Source of the DNA: Lytechinus pictus
Lineage: Eukaryota
DNA length: 64,000 nt
Reading direction: 5' to 3'
NCBI RefSeq assembly: GCF_037042905.1
Contig: NC_087250.1
Location: forward strand, 18,292,001-18,356,000
Shown: positions 51,079 to 64,000 of the stretch, piece by piece
Layout: every line of letters starts with the position of its first letter
How positions within the stretch are numbered: the stretch's first letter is position 1
Notes under the pieces: model-generated
The model's input: only the letters and a program-made list of their open reading frames with translations
Databases searched by the model: none
What the model was told of the DNA's origin: nothing
Translations under genes and position numbers: made by a program

Positions 51079-51485
51079 TTACTTCTACTTCTACGACGAT
51101 ACTCAGCAGGATCCATAAGTCAGGATGTAGTGCTAAGGAAATGTCTTGGGTGCTTATCTGCAGTGCATACTTGTTGGGGCTTTTAAAACATTGTGCTGTT
51201 TGTGCAAGTAAAAATCTAGTTCCTTGGTTTAGATGTTGGTTGGAAGCACCCCCCTGAAGGCCTCCAATGAAGGGGCATCAAGGATGGTTTTGGGAAGCGC
51301 ATTCCACGCAGTCACTGTCCTGGGAAAATAGGAGTTCTGGTATAGTTGGGTGCGGCATGGAATAGCCAACAACTTCTTTGGATGATATTGCCGAGTATTG
51401 CTGGCAACCATAAGAGCTGTGTAGTGGTCTGCATTTAGTACCATCCTGTGTTGAATTTTGTACATGAGGTAGACTAGCCTGGAGG
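51079..51485 (-). mobile_element. CR1/L2-clade LINE 3' fragment
   Basis: The minus ORF ends LMYKI...NSYFPRTVTAWNALP..SLEAFR (FFPRT..WN.LP motif), followed by a 3' UTR and a (GTAGAA)n tail. Confidence 0.88.
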
Positions 51486-51560
51486 CGTCTGGGGAGTAAA
51501 AGTCATCTACTCTACGTAGGCTTACTCCCCACTGACGCCTGGCTTGCTTACGCATTGGTC

Positions 51561-52486
51561 TATACACACCGTAGGTTTTCCCACGGTGAAAGTAGACCTA
51601 AATTATAAGTTTTGGTTAGGATTTTGACCCCCAAATTTAATATTAGGGTGTCTGAAGCCACACTGAAAAGTGTCAGCATAAAACAGGCTGATTTAGGGGA
51701 AAATATGGCACATTTTTTCGGGAAGTTCAGGCTGCTAGAAAATGTGATCTGAATTGATAATTTACTTGTGTTTGGCATGTATGGAAAGAGAAAATTCAGG
51801 GGCTTCTTTTGACAGTAAGGACAAGTTCATATGATCATTTTAAATAAGGATTTAGAGATAAATTGCAAACCCTTATTTGTGTGTCGAAATTGACATTTCC
51901 CCATGCATTTTCTATGGGAAAATGAAATGTCTGTTTTGCACAATTTTTTTCACTTTGTCGCAATTTTTCTTTGTGATCTGGTTTCCAAATCTTTATAAAA
52001 ATCATACCATCAGAAAGAGCATAAAAAATCCTATTGGACTCTTTATGGACAAGTTTTTTGGCATTAATGATAAATTTATAACAGCTCTCGGAAGCTAAAA
52101 ATTTGGAATTGTGTGTGTCCATTTCTTAACTACACAGTCTATGGCAGAGAAATGCTGAAAAATGACCTTATTTCATTCTTCGTTTTTGCAGCCAATAATT
52201 GGATTTTTTTTCAAAAATGTTACATTTCTGTCAATCTGAAGGTCATTGCTTTTCAAATTCACAAAGAAAATGTGATATTTTCTTGAAATAAGAAAAATAA
52301 TTTTTTTCTCCAGACACACTATTAATAATATGTTTGTATATATTCCTTCAATAAATATTAGTTAATATGAAAAATAATTAAGAGCACGAGCGTTGACTTA
52401 CCAAGTCTGTTTTGGTCGCCATCTTGATGTCTTTGTTATCGATACCTAGAATCTGGCTAGATACCACACGTGTGACGGTGTGTATA
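51561..52486. mobile_element. Non-autonomous DNA transposon with short TIRs, containing a nested element (~51644-52321)
   Basis: TATACACACCGT ... ACGGTGTGTATA ends. Inner TAGGGTGTCTG ... CAGACACACTA. Confidence 0.6.
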
Positions 52487-52494
52487 GGCTAGGA

Positions 52495-53472
52495 TAGACA
52501 GCTGGCAGCCGTCTGTTTCGAGGAGTTTTTTAATTTTTTTAAATATTTTTATTTCTCCTCGTACACAGACGGCTCGCTATCGTGCAGCCACCATTAGGGG
52601 ACTTACAATGCGAAATCCCCCCGTCGGGGCTCTTCAATTTTTGTCTTTAATGAATCAAACTTTTGAAAATTAATGCGACCAAAATGCAAATTAATATTCC
52701 CTCTTGGCCTTAATTGCCAAAAAACGGGGAAAAAATCATGTTAAAACTAGCAAAAACAGTGACTTACCTCGGCTGTCGCGCAACTTCACTTCCCTGTTTT
52801 ATCCAAACTTAGTACATAAACATATGGCCATTGAGTCCCCTGTACAGATCGGGCTAGAACTTCAGTCTCTGTATTTGGTGAGTGAAGCCAACGGAGTTCA
52901 GCTGAACAACCAACGTAACAGAGACCGAAGCTTTTGGTCTAAGGCTAGTAGTAGTATAGCTGCCAATTTGAATTTAATACTTGCATCGGCAGACATAGCA
53001 GATAAATATCTAGACCAAAAGCTTCGGTCTCTGTTATGTTGGTTGTTCAGCTGAACTCCGTTGGCTTCACTCACCAAATACAGAGACCGAAGTTCTACTT
53101 CTAGCGCGATCTGTACAGGGGACTCAATGGCCATATGTTTATGTACCGGTATATAAGTTAGGATAAAACAGGGAGGTGAAGTTGCGCGACAGCCGAGGTA
53201 AGTCACTGTTTTTGTTCCTTTTAACTTGATTTTCCCCCGTTTTTTGGCAATTAATGCCAAGACAAGAGGGAATATTAATTTGCATTTCGGACGCGTTAAT
53301 TTTCAGAAGTTTGATTCATTAAAGACAAAAATTGAAGAGCCCCGACAGGGGGATTTTGCATTGTAAGTCCCCTAATGGTGGCTGCACGATAGCGAGCCGT
53401 CTGTGTATGAGGAGAAATAAAAATATAAAAAATTCAAAAAACTCCTCGAAACAGACGGCTGCCAGCTGTCTA
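52495..53472. mobile_element. Long foldback element (~445-bp arms, ~70-bp spacer)
   Basis: TAGACAGCTGGCAGCCGTCTGTTTCGAGGAG...CTCCTCGAAACAGACGGCTGCCAGCTGTCTA. The arms are reverse-complementary over their whole length. Confidence 0.92.
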
Positions 53473-53901
53473 ATATAATAATATTAAATATCATGAATCA
53501 TAAAATACTTATTACTTGCATCGGTTGATAAATATCATAAAATTTGCTTTATGATATTTATCAACCGAGGCAAAGTTACCCCCATTCTGCCCAATGAACA
53601 ACTCACAACTCAGGCCAACCTTGTTCATTGAATGAGTGGCCAGGTTGAGATCTCAAGTCATGACATGAGTCTCAGCATGCTCAGTCTCAGTCACAAACAC
53701 CGAAAATGAATAGGTGGGACCAAAGACAATTTTAATCGTGTTAATTGTTAAAATGTCCTAACTACTGACAGACGTAGACCGGTCCAAACTCAAAAGTCAG
53801 TCTATTTATTGAGCTGGAGCGGTAAAAAAGATCACACAAAAAGATTATGTTTATAAATATCCGTGATTCCAAGTTTATATAAAGGAAAGAAATAGTAGAC
53901 T

Positions 53902-54055
53902 ACTTACACAGTCACAGGAAATTGCCAGATACAGCTAGCTACGCCTACGGTACGGTAGCTCCAGCGGTACCGGGTATATCGATATCGGCAATCAGAGTTG
54001 CACGCATGCGCTGATACGTTTACGATACGGGGCCTGGCTATCGTCATGCACGGTT
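53902..54055 (-). promoter_or_regulatory. Probable promoter and non-coding first exon of the Myb/SANT gene
   Basis: Local CpG cluster, NRF1-like GCACGCATGCGC at ~54000, and a minus-strand donor TGT|GTAAGT at 53907-53902 facing the gene. Confidence 0.5.
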
Positions 54056-55135
54056 AAAAGTGTTTGATGGGGGCAGGGGGCCCAGGGGGGCCACTTCCAT
54101 TGACGAATGGATACCATGCGCGACCATGGGGTCTACATAAGCACCCTAAACACGTATTTTCCTTTTTCTGAAAATGCACCCCTTAACAAGTATTGGCGTG
54201 TGAAACAAACGATACTCATGGCAAGTTCCCTGAATTGACCCCCTAAACAAGTACAGCGATATTTTTATTGTTATGTCACGGACGTCGGTCGTCGGCCCAC
54301 CTTCACCCACATCATTGGGTTTAGTACAGCCCCACCTCCCACATCTCGCCCAAATCGTACTCTAAACACGTGGTGTTGACTGTTGGGGCAAAAGTACATC
54401 TTTATAAAACATTTTAATCTTAATTTTTTACACCCTCGCAAATTTGACCCTAAACACGTAGCTTTCCTAGCGAAAATAGATACTCTTTTTTCATTATTTT
54501 AGTGTTTTTGACACCCTTATCACGTTACGTACGTAACGTGTCCTATCTTGAAAAAGACATCCTTTTTACGTATTTTTTGGGCCGCGCATGCACTGGGCTC
54601 GTCAATGTAAGTACCCTGCGCCGCCGCGCGGGGGGGGGGGCCTTCTGGGGGCTTGGGAAATTGTTGATGTTGGTTTATAGAATACAATGAAAATGGCCTA
54701 TTGTAGGTATACTGACCAAGCAGCTAATCCCCTAATAATTCTAATATCATGCGAATGAGCGTAGCGACCGAGCGAAAAAACACACCACATTTTTCATATT
54801 ATTATGCATCAGCCTGATGGGTGTAATCACTATAGATGAGGGCATTTAACGATAAGGGGGGGGGGTAGGACTGATATCTGGAAATGGGTTTGCGGATGAT
54901 CTTATATACGCTCTCCGGCCGTTTTTGGTGGGCGATTTTCTCAAAATTTAGAGATTTTGAATGTAAAAATTAGGTATAATTGAAGTGATACCAGGGGACG
55001 AGGTTTTAATGTCAATGACATCCCTTAAAATAAGCTAATGAATGGATTGACCGAGCAAAAATGTTTGAAGTGAAACCTTGCATTCTGGAGGATATACACA
55101 TCCTTAACGTACTGAATGGGATACTCAAATGCATA

Positions 55136-55389
55136 CACTGCAAAAACTCCGATGTTGATTTAACACCAGCCCGGAATCTATATGTCCACACCAGAGAAGT
55201 ATTGAAACAAGTTCAAACAACACCAGTTTGGAATCAAACCGAAGCTGTTTTGATACTAATTTGTGTTGTATAAACACCTATCTGGTGTTAGACCAAACGA
55301 AACTGGTGTTGTTTAACACTTCTCTGCTGTGGACATGATAGATCTATTTCGGGCTGGTGTTAAAAATCAACACCAGCGTTTATGCAGTG
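55136..55389. mobile_element. CACTA/EnSpm-like MITE
   Basis: CACTGCAAAAACTCC...TGCAGTG, TSD TA. Confidence 0.85.
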
Positions 55390-57237
55390 TATATAAACTG
55401 CAAAAAAATACGACCCAATGGTCACTGCCCTGTATAAAATAAGGTCTACACAAAAGAGAATGATATTGTCAATAGAGTCAAATCATTCCACATATGTTGC
55501 TTCTTTCACGGGCGAAGTCAGGGGCGATCGCCATTAAAATATTGGGGATGCGGCAAATGTATCGATTTGCCCTGCGCAATAATTTTGACAAAATGAAAAA
55601 TTTAGGAATCCATTTTTGCAAAAATGTGTTTGAAAAACATTTGAAAGCGCTCTAAAACCATCAAACTTGATATACCCTGTTAATTTTGTTGTAAAATAAT
55701 AGGGAAAGTAATTTAAAAAATATTGGTTAAGGTTCGAGGTCAATCAATCAAAGATTAAGAAAATTAGAGAATAACACATTTTTGACGTTACAAATGCATT
55801 ATGCTTCTTTTTTTTTCAATAAACTTTGATTATTTTGAGATTTATTCAATTATCATATCTCATAGGTTGGTTTCCATTATATTCAAGGTTTATTACTTTT
55901 TTACCAAAAGGATCTTAAATTAATTACTATAAGTTCATTGCCACGAAACTAAAATACTCCTATATCTTTTTGGGACGGTAAAGACTTCTCTGTCAAAAAA
56001 AGGGATACCCTTCCAATTATTTGGAACAAAATATAATTTGTTTGTTTTATTTTTCACCATACATTACAAGAAATAAATTGACAGAATGTGATGTTATATT
56101 GAAAATAATAATACGCAGTATGACATAAGCATATACAAAATGTTTTTGAAGTATTAGTGATGACTTACCTACCCATTTCTTTGTTTATATGCTTTTTTTT
56201 AAAATCTTTGTAAAAATAGAAAATGTTTATATGAATTATACAGTGTGAGTAAAAAAAAAATTACACGCTCAAACCCCCAATTAATGAACAAGTTCACTTT
56301 AGCAGGAAGTTGATTTGAATTAAAGAAAAACTCCAACAAGCATAACACTGAAATTTTTATCAAATCGGATGAAATATTAGAAGATTATGACATTTTCAAG
56401 TTTCGCTTATTTTTCACAAAACAGTTATACGCACATCCTGGTCGGTATGCAAATGAGAGGACCGATGACATCACTCACTGACTATTTTTTTTGTATTTTG
56501 TTATATGAAATATTCGAATTTTCTCCTCATTGTCCTGCGAAAAAAAAGTATTATTTCTCCCTGAACAGGTGGAATTACCATTGTTCAGCATTTTATGGTT
56601 CAGTCGAGTTGGTCCTTATTGTCAAATCTGCAAAAATAAAATAATAATTCATACAATAAAAAAAAAAAAAATAGTGAATGAGGGACATCATCGACTCTCT
56701 CATTTGCATATCACTGAGTGGTCCATAATCCTGTTTTGTGAAAAATAAGCGAAATTTAAATATGTCATAACTTTCTTATTTTACATCCGATTTGAATGAT
56801 ATTTTCAGCGTTATGTTTGTCTGATTTTTCTCTATTATTTTATTCAAATCAGTATTTTTCTGGGGAGAACTTGACCTTTAGGGGAAAACATTTCATGAAT
56901 ACATAATTATTATTTATGGCCTGAAAGAGTATCTTCTCCCACATAAAGATACCGATTTACGTGGTTTGCCTTCACGCTTGGATAATTAGTAGGTATTCTT
57001 TGCAGTGACGTCATTTTTCACTTACGCCAAAGTAAACCAGGACTCAACTTAATGAATTCAGTCTGAATTCATTACGTTGAGTTCTGCTTTACTTCAGATT
57101 TGGGTGCGTCATGGTCTAGTGGTTCTACTGACTTTCGTCTTTCAAACAGAGGGCCGTGGGTTCGAATCCTAGCCATGGCGTGTTTTCCTTCAGCAAGAAA
57201 TGTACCCACAATGTGCTGCACTCGACCCAGGTGGGAT

Positions 57238-58588
57238 CACTGGCGTAAATCCCGGGGGGATGGGGGGATATATCCCCCACTTTTCGAGGAGGGGGGGATG
57301 GCCTGTACAAACATCCCCCCCCCCCCACTTTTTACGAAAGAAATGAAAAAAAAAATCACAAGAGATAATTGTTTTATTGGTGAAAATTCTTCCAAAAATA
57401 CCGCTTAACAAATAAAATAATATTATTGAATCATAAAATGCAAATAAAGAGCCAGTTCACCATTTCCAAACGAAATACTTATGTCCTTTTTATAACATTG
57501 AAGAGAAACCCCCGTTTCTTCCAATTCATCAATGTTGGGGTCTTTGGGAAGGGATTAAGATGGAATGTCAAATTTTTTTTAATGTAATCTCTAATAAAAC
57601 CATTAAACCATCATGGGGTAAAAAAGATAATAATATTGGAGGGGTATTTGCCATATGGACATACAGTGGCGTAACTACGGGGGACATGGGGGGCACATCC
57701 CCCCCCCCATCGGCTGACCAAAAAAAACAAAAAAAAACGGGGAAAGGTGGAAAGGAGAAAAGAGGGAGAAAGGAAGAGAAAAGTAGTGGGAAAGAAGAAA
57801 ATATTATTCATTATAATGTTATATCATATTATAATTATGTTAAGTTACATTACATAAGAAACATTTTATCATAACTTTATGAAACATAATTTGTCCAGGG
57901 CCTACGTCTTCATTGTTCCTGGTGCTCGCATTGTCTGTTTAACGAGATATATAATCCTGTTGTACTAAAACATCCCGTTTTCAAGTCGATATAAACCAAA
58001 TATATTTCCTAGCACTTGAGTTATCATTGTTTTATGTAGTGACATATGCTTCTTTTTCGTGACTCAAAAGTGATTGCCCCATGTTAAGGTCTTCGTATAT
58101 ATGAAACATTTCCTGTCCGTGATTACGTTCGCATTAGTGGATTGGTGAGATATGTCTGCTCTTCATGAATTCCTAAAATCGGTCCTTAAGTCCCTTCTTC
58201 TGATCTGAATATCAAGAATTTTCAGCTCGCGCTTCGCGCTCGCATTGTTAAGCGAGACAGGTACCTATGATGATTACACAAATTTGATTATAATGTCCCT
58301 TTTTAGGTGTGAATATAAAAAAATTTCAGCTCGCGCTTCGCGCTCGCTTTATTTGATCAGTGAGATACATATCCGTTTAATGACATTGTCCTTAAAATGT
58401 CTCTATTAGGTCACTCACTCAGTCATTCAAAAAAATTGCTGGTACCCCCCCCCCCCCCCAATGCCGTGACCCACGGTACGCCACTGTGGACATATCAACG
58501 ACAATTCCTTATCTAAAAACATGATTGCAAAAAAATGCCAAAATATTTTAGTCATCCCCCCACCCATCAACACGGATTTACGCCAGTG
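57238..58588. mobile_element. hAT-type MITE
   Basis: CACTGGCGTAAATCC...GGATTTACGCCAGTG. Perfect 8-bp TSD GGTGGGAT. Confidence 0.9.
57664..58486. mobile_element. hAT-type MITE nested in the previous element
   Basis: CAGTGGCGTA...TACGCCACTG. Perfect 8-bp TSD TGGACATA. Confidence 0.9.
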
Positions 58589-59990
58589 GGTGGGATTAAT
58601 GGGTACCCGGCAGGATCAATTGCTTACATGCACTGAGCGCCGGAGTGATGGTAGCTCGAGCTAAAGCCGGGGCAAGTATTTCCTGCATTGAACCCAAACA
58701 AGTACAGCGATGTCACGGACGTCGGTCGTCGGTTTTACCTTTACTTATATCATTGGGTTTAGTACGGCCCCATCTCCCACACCTCGCGCAAATCCTACTC
58801 TAATCACGTACGTAGTGTTGACTGTTGGGGCAAAAAGTACATCCTTTAAAAAAAATCATTTCAGTCTTAATTTTTTATACCCTTGTAAAATTTGACCCTA
58901 AACACCTATCGAAATTACTCTTTTTTTCATTATTTCAGTGTTTTTTTTTTACACCCTTACGTGTCTGTTTGGTCGCGCACGGACGGTAACCACTTGCCAA
59001 TGTAAATGCCCCCCCCCCCCCCCCCGGATTAATGTACCAGATCTAGATGTATGATAATATTTTGACAATTAACCTTGATATAATAGACATTTTCATGAAA
59101 TAATTGGTTGCTGCAACGACTGTCTTTCACCTTTGTTAAGAAAAGACCTTTTCATTCGTATGGAACTTATTCTTAACTCTCAATATCGTGAATTTTGTAC
59201 GGGTGGTTTTGTTGATACCTTCATTGCTAGCTACTTATAGTCTTAGCATACATTTTCTAATTAGAGGGCAGAACTGCACAATTCTGCCCAGTCAAAAAGT
59301 GCTAGTATATTCGTGTACGTACTTAGTACTTAAATTGAGAGAAAAATCTCTAAATATGAAACTTTTCTAAATAAATTTAAGCAAGTTTATGAAATAATAT
59401 ATCATTACAATAATACATTGATTATAAGAAATTGATTATAAACAAATAAATTATTAATATAGAATAGAAATTTTTATACTATATCAAATATAATTTGGAA
59501 TTTATATTTACCAACATTGTTTATATATTTTTATGTCCTTGAACATTGCTTTTTCGACTGCAAAGCTGCTATAATCGATTACAAATAACAATCGATTAAA
59601 GGTTTATTTCTTGCAACTGGAATAAATAATTGACAATTGTCATCGTATTAGATGCCCATACTAATAAAAATGTAAAGATAATAGCGCAATCATTATATAA
59701 CTACAGTCCATTCCAATTCGATACTCTATGATATTCAGCTTTGATATAATTGACTATACTAAGTAGAACGATGTAAAATGATCTAATAAAAGAACAAGTT
59801 CACACAGACTATAATACAGAAAAATAGAGAAAAATGTTAATGGTTTGATCATGTTGATCGGAAATCTAACGATGAATAAAAGACATGACTTATTTCAAAC
59901 GTTTAATGTAATGTGTGATGCTATATACGGTCACGAATCACGCATTATGAATTTCATAAATCTCCTCTTTTCAAAGGGGTATGATTCGTA

Positions 59991-60201
59991 CCCTGCAAAA
60001 ACTCCGGTGTTGATTTAACACCAGCCCGGAATCTATATAATGTCCACACCAGAGAAGTATTGAAACAACACCAGTTTGGAATCAAACCGATGCTGTTTTA
60101 ATTCTAATTGGTGTTGTAAAAACACCAATCTGGTGTTAGACCAAAACCAAACTGGTGTTAGTTAACACTGGTGTTAAACCAACACCGGTGTTTTTGTAGT
60201 G
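59991..60201. mobile_element. CACTA/EnSpm-like MITE (internally deleted)
   Basis: Same family as 36083. Confidence 0.8.
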
Positions 60202-60626
60202 CAAATACGGAGGTGTTACTCGTCTGTGACGTCACATAATCAAAATGCAAAATATTAGCACAGTCTCATTATGAATACACTCTATTATATTTTGATACAG
60301 TAATTGCTTATGCAACAAACGAGAAATAATCTACTTAAATGGGAATTTTACCATGGAGGCGAGTTCCTTTTGATAAAAGCACAAACATTAGACAAAAAAT
60401 GTACCAGTGAAGGTTTGATGGAAATCCATCAAAGGAATATAGTTATGGCGTCTTTACCCCGAGAATTTCCTTCAAAGTGCAAACAAATATAGGAAGAGAA
60501 AGATTTATTAAGTGTTGATTGATATGGTGCCTTCAATGTTACTTTAGAAATAAATCAAAAATATTAGTATTGCAAAGATATGATATTGTAATAATGGCAT
60601 GTTTCTTGGTTTTCCACGTTAAAGAT

Positions 60627-60893
60627 GGTAATAACGGTATATATACCCAGGGTAGCCACTTCATTTCCTTAAACCGTTCTCCCAGTGGGCCCTGTTATTA
60701 ATATTTCTCCGGCTTTAGCCCGGCTACCTACAGGTGCTTAAACATTCAAGGAATTTCTTCCTACTGGGTACCCATTCAACTCGCCTGGGTTGAGTGCAGC
60801 ATTCTTGCTGAAGGAAAACACACAATGGTTTGGAATCGAACCCACGTCCCTCTGATTGAGAGATGAGAATCATAACCAGAGCACGGCCCCTCC
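60627..60893 (-). mobile_element. tRNA-derived SINE (family of 57101)
   Basis: Minus strand: GTGGGTTCGATTCC B-box, GCACTCAACCCAGGCGAGTTGAATGGGTACCC core, (TTA)-type tail. Confidence 0.8.
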
Positions 60894-60900
60894 ATTAGTC

Positions 60901-61110
60901 CACTGACGGATCCAGGGGAAGGGGCAAAGCCGGCCAGTGCCCCCCCCCCTTGAGAGGCACAATTAATTTTTTTATGTAAAAATACCATTAAAACAGAAGT
61001 GTGCCCCCCCCCCCTTTGAAAGTTAAGACTTTTTTTTTTGCTTGTCAAATTTTTCTTCGGAAAATATGCCCCTCCACCCCTCCCTTTGGAAAATACTGGA
61101 TCCGCCCCTG
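60901..61110. mobile_element. hAT-type MITE
   Basis: CACTGACGGATCCAG...CTGGATCCGCCCCTG with an imperfect TSD. Confidence 0.7.
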
Positions 61111-62429
61111 ATCAAGTCCTTGGTAATATTTATATCACAGTTGGCTCTTACTTCCTTACTGCCTCGCTCGGGTTTGCTCTTTTGGATCATAACCAGTAGA
61201 CCACGACGCCCCCACATATAATACTAATACTATAGTGAATATCTCACTATGAATGCAAGTACAGTATGATTAACACGCTAAACATAGCAGAATTTAGCAG
61301 ATTTGATTGGTCGATTTTTTTTCTCACCCAACCCATGCAGTTCCCGGGATTTCCTGGACCCCTTAACTGATGCTTTCATTCCATATCCAATCTGCTCTTG
61401 ATATTGACGTAATTCCTTACAATGTGGGCACAATGGTATAACATTCTACCCTTTCAAAATTTGTTAAATGCAATATTTTGCAATATTATGAACGTGCACA
61501 ATTAAATAATTTTTATTTATATTCCACCCCGGAAAAATGTTGATTTGAATAAATAGAGAAAAATCAAACTAGCACAAACTGAAAATTTGATTAAAATCGG
61601 ATGTAAAGTAAGAAAGTTATGACATTTTAAAGTTTCGATTATTTTTCACTAAACAGTGATATGCACAACTGACATGACTGAGTGACATGCAAATAAGATA
61701 GTCGATGATGTCCCTCACTCACTATTTCTTTAGTTTTTTATTGTTTAAATTATGAAATATTTCATTTTTTACAAATTTGGCAACACGGACCAACTTGACT
61801 GAACCATATCGTATTAAACAATGCTAATTCCACATGTTCAGGGAGGAATTAATCGTTGTTTCGCTTGGCAATGAGGAGAAAATTAGAATATTTCGTATTT
61901 CATATAATAAAATACAAAAGAAATAGTGAGTGGATGACGTCATCAGTTTTCTCATTTGCATACAGACCAGGATATGCATATAACTGTTTTGTGAAAAATA
62001 AGCGAAATTTAAATATGTCATAACTTTCTTATTTTACATCCGATTTTGATGAAATTTTCAGTGTTATGTTTGTTGGATTTTTCTCTATTTATTCAAATCA
62101 ACTTTTTCTTGGAGTGGACTTGTCCTTTTAAGAAAGTTTATGAAATGTTTAATTATAAAAAAGAATGTATTATATATATAAAAAAATATTTTCAATCAAA
62201 TATTTTTTTATGTAATTGCAATTTAAATGTCATATTCACTTATTATTTAGATGTATCATTGAACTATGTGACTGAAAAACCAAATTTGACTGTATTTTTA
62301 TTATATTCGATTATAAAATCATAGATAACTATCGATTTAAGGTTTATTAGTTTGCAGCCAGAGGAAATGATTTGCAATTTTCGTTTCATGTCAAAAGCGC
62401 CACATCTTTTTAATAGACTTACAGACAAA

Positions 62430-62978
62430 TGTAAGAGTACCAAAGCGATGACGTCAGTTGCCGTGGTGTCATGACGGCCTGGTTCTAAACAAATGAACCC
62501 GCCAAATGAAGCGTGTGTTTCTCATAGGAGAAAATGGCTGCTATCGGAATTTGATCGCTTATAACCTATTTTTCAGACGAGCCAACTTTCATATACAAAT
62601 GTTTATTTCCAATTCGTCTAATGCCAATTCGTCCAATTGCATATTCGTCCACTCACCACATGGTGTACTTTCATTTAATCTAATGGAATTCCATCTAATA
62701 ACCTGCAGTTGGTCTAATAGCCATTTAGTCCCGCTTTTAGTCCATATACCATTAGGTCTAATTGTGTTAAATTTTGCTAAATGAATGAAAATGAAATGGA
62801 TATTAGACCAACTGGTCATGTTGATGGACGGAATGGCAGTAGACTAAATGAAAGTAGACCATGTGGCGAGTGGACAAGTTAGCAGTAGACGAATTGGCAA
62901 TTGTCAGCTGCGACTCTGTTTACAACCAGCCCGCCATGATACCATGGCAACTGACGTCACACTTCGGGACTCTACACT
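62430..62978. mobile_element. MITE with ~60-bp TIRs containing a TAGAC/GTCTA-repeat insert
   Basis: TGACGTCAGTTGCCGTGGTGTCATGACGG ... CCGCCATGATACCATGGCAACTGACGTCA. Confidence 0.6.
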
Positions 62979-64000
62979 AATCTACTTAAAGGGGAACCTC
63001 ACCCTGACAATAAACTGGTCTAAATCAATAGCCAAAAATGGGGTAAAGTTTTTGATGGAAAATCAATCCAAGGATTAGAGTTGTGAAATTTTCTTTAAAT
63101 AAAGAGAATTTTGGTCTGGTATTCGGCAACTCTAATGACGGCCTTTCAGAATATGCACCCCCCATAAAAAAAAAAAAATATCTACATTTAACCCAAAGTT
63201 AGGTTTATGCCGGTTCATGTAACTCCAGCTAACACGATGAGCACGGATTGACACGTGAAAAAATACTTGGAATGAAAGCGTGTGCCCCTTTGGGAAGTAT
63301 TATACATTAATGCTCTTCTGCATTGAGTGGTCAATGAGCAAAAGGAGTTACAAAGCGTTAAAATGACTTATGTATAGTGATTGTGCTATCATATTATCAT
63401 GGTAGTCTGTCCCACGGATAATCGAGAATGAAAATATAAAGTTATGATATAGAAAAACATGTAACTTGTCTCTAATACCGATTGAAATTAAGAATATAGA
63501 ACAATAAGAGAGGAAAAACTATAGGAAATAAGGGGGATGTTTTTAATCGATTGTAATCTTTAATTAATAATAGATTATATCTAATGCAGTATCTTTTTAT
63601 TTCTTTCATTACGTAGTATTAACAAAGAGTCCAAAACGACAGTATGATGAAGGTTAATATAAATTTAAGTACAATTTATCAAATTTGTGTCCATTTTTGC
63701 GGAAAAGACAATTAAATATCGATATTTTGCTCTTTATGAAGTTTTACTTTATCATAAACTTGTTTATTTTTTTCCTTCATAATTATATACATAAAAAATT
63801 TACTAATGAAACAAGTATTACTGATAGAATATAAAAGTTTAAAAATTTTGATAAGGGAAGATTCTTTCATTCTCCCTTTAAAGGTAAATTCCAGTTTTGG
63901 TAAAGATCTCAAAATGACTTTTTACATAATCCAATCTAATGACCACCCAAGTGTCTGTTTGTATGAATAAAAAATATGTGCCAAAGGATTCTGGAAGAAA

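Larger units (their letters stand above)
57101..58675 (+). mobile_element. tRNA-derived SINE with Nin-like core, split by nested hAT MITEs
   Basis: Head TGGTCTAGTGG...GGTTCGAATCC. Core CACTCGACCCAGGTG[insert]AATGGGTACCCGGCAGG. Confidence 0.8.

Noticed and set aside
52704..53260. Mirror-image ORFs MALIAKKRGK on both strands
   Set aside because: A consequence of the foldback symmetry. They use TTG/ATT-type starts and show no protein motif.
57042..57082. 41-bp near-perfect hairpin as a miRNA or terminator
   Set aside because: Too short and isolated, with no supporting context. More likely a MITE remnant or repair scar.

Overview
Eukaryotic, AT-rich (intron-containing, poly-G/poly-C-run-rich) metazoan DNA; the repeat families look like those of sea urchins/echinoderms (inference). 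There are no prokaryotic operons or CRISPR arrays. The only intact protein-coding gene I can support is on the minus strand. It has four coding exons (49453-48907, 47835-47656, 46401-45511, 43823-42778), all joined by phase-1 GT-AG introns, and encodes an 887-aa protein with three tandem Myb/SANT-like (trihelix, Myb_DNA-bind_4-type) domains, two coiled-coils and acidic linkers. It is probably a domesticated and internally triplicated PIF/Harbinger DNA-binding protein, with a likely CpG-rich promoter/first exon near 53.9-54.05 kb. Bases 1 to ~40 kb are a degenerate tandem macro-repeat (about 11 units). Its units keep short CpG-containing motifs and a fixed-length hairpin, and they have been invaded by many transposons: an 8.36-kb PIF/Harbinger element with a pseudogenised HARBI1-like transposase, Kolobok-, hAT-, CACTA-, P-, piggyBac- and Harbinger-type MITEs, tRNA-derived SINEs and LINE fragments. 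One MITE sits in opposite orientations at the identical D-loop site of two tRNA-derived SINEs. The remainder (50-64 kb) is nested MITEs, SINEs, foldback elements and a CR1/L2 3' end.
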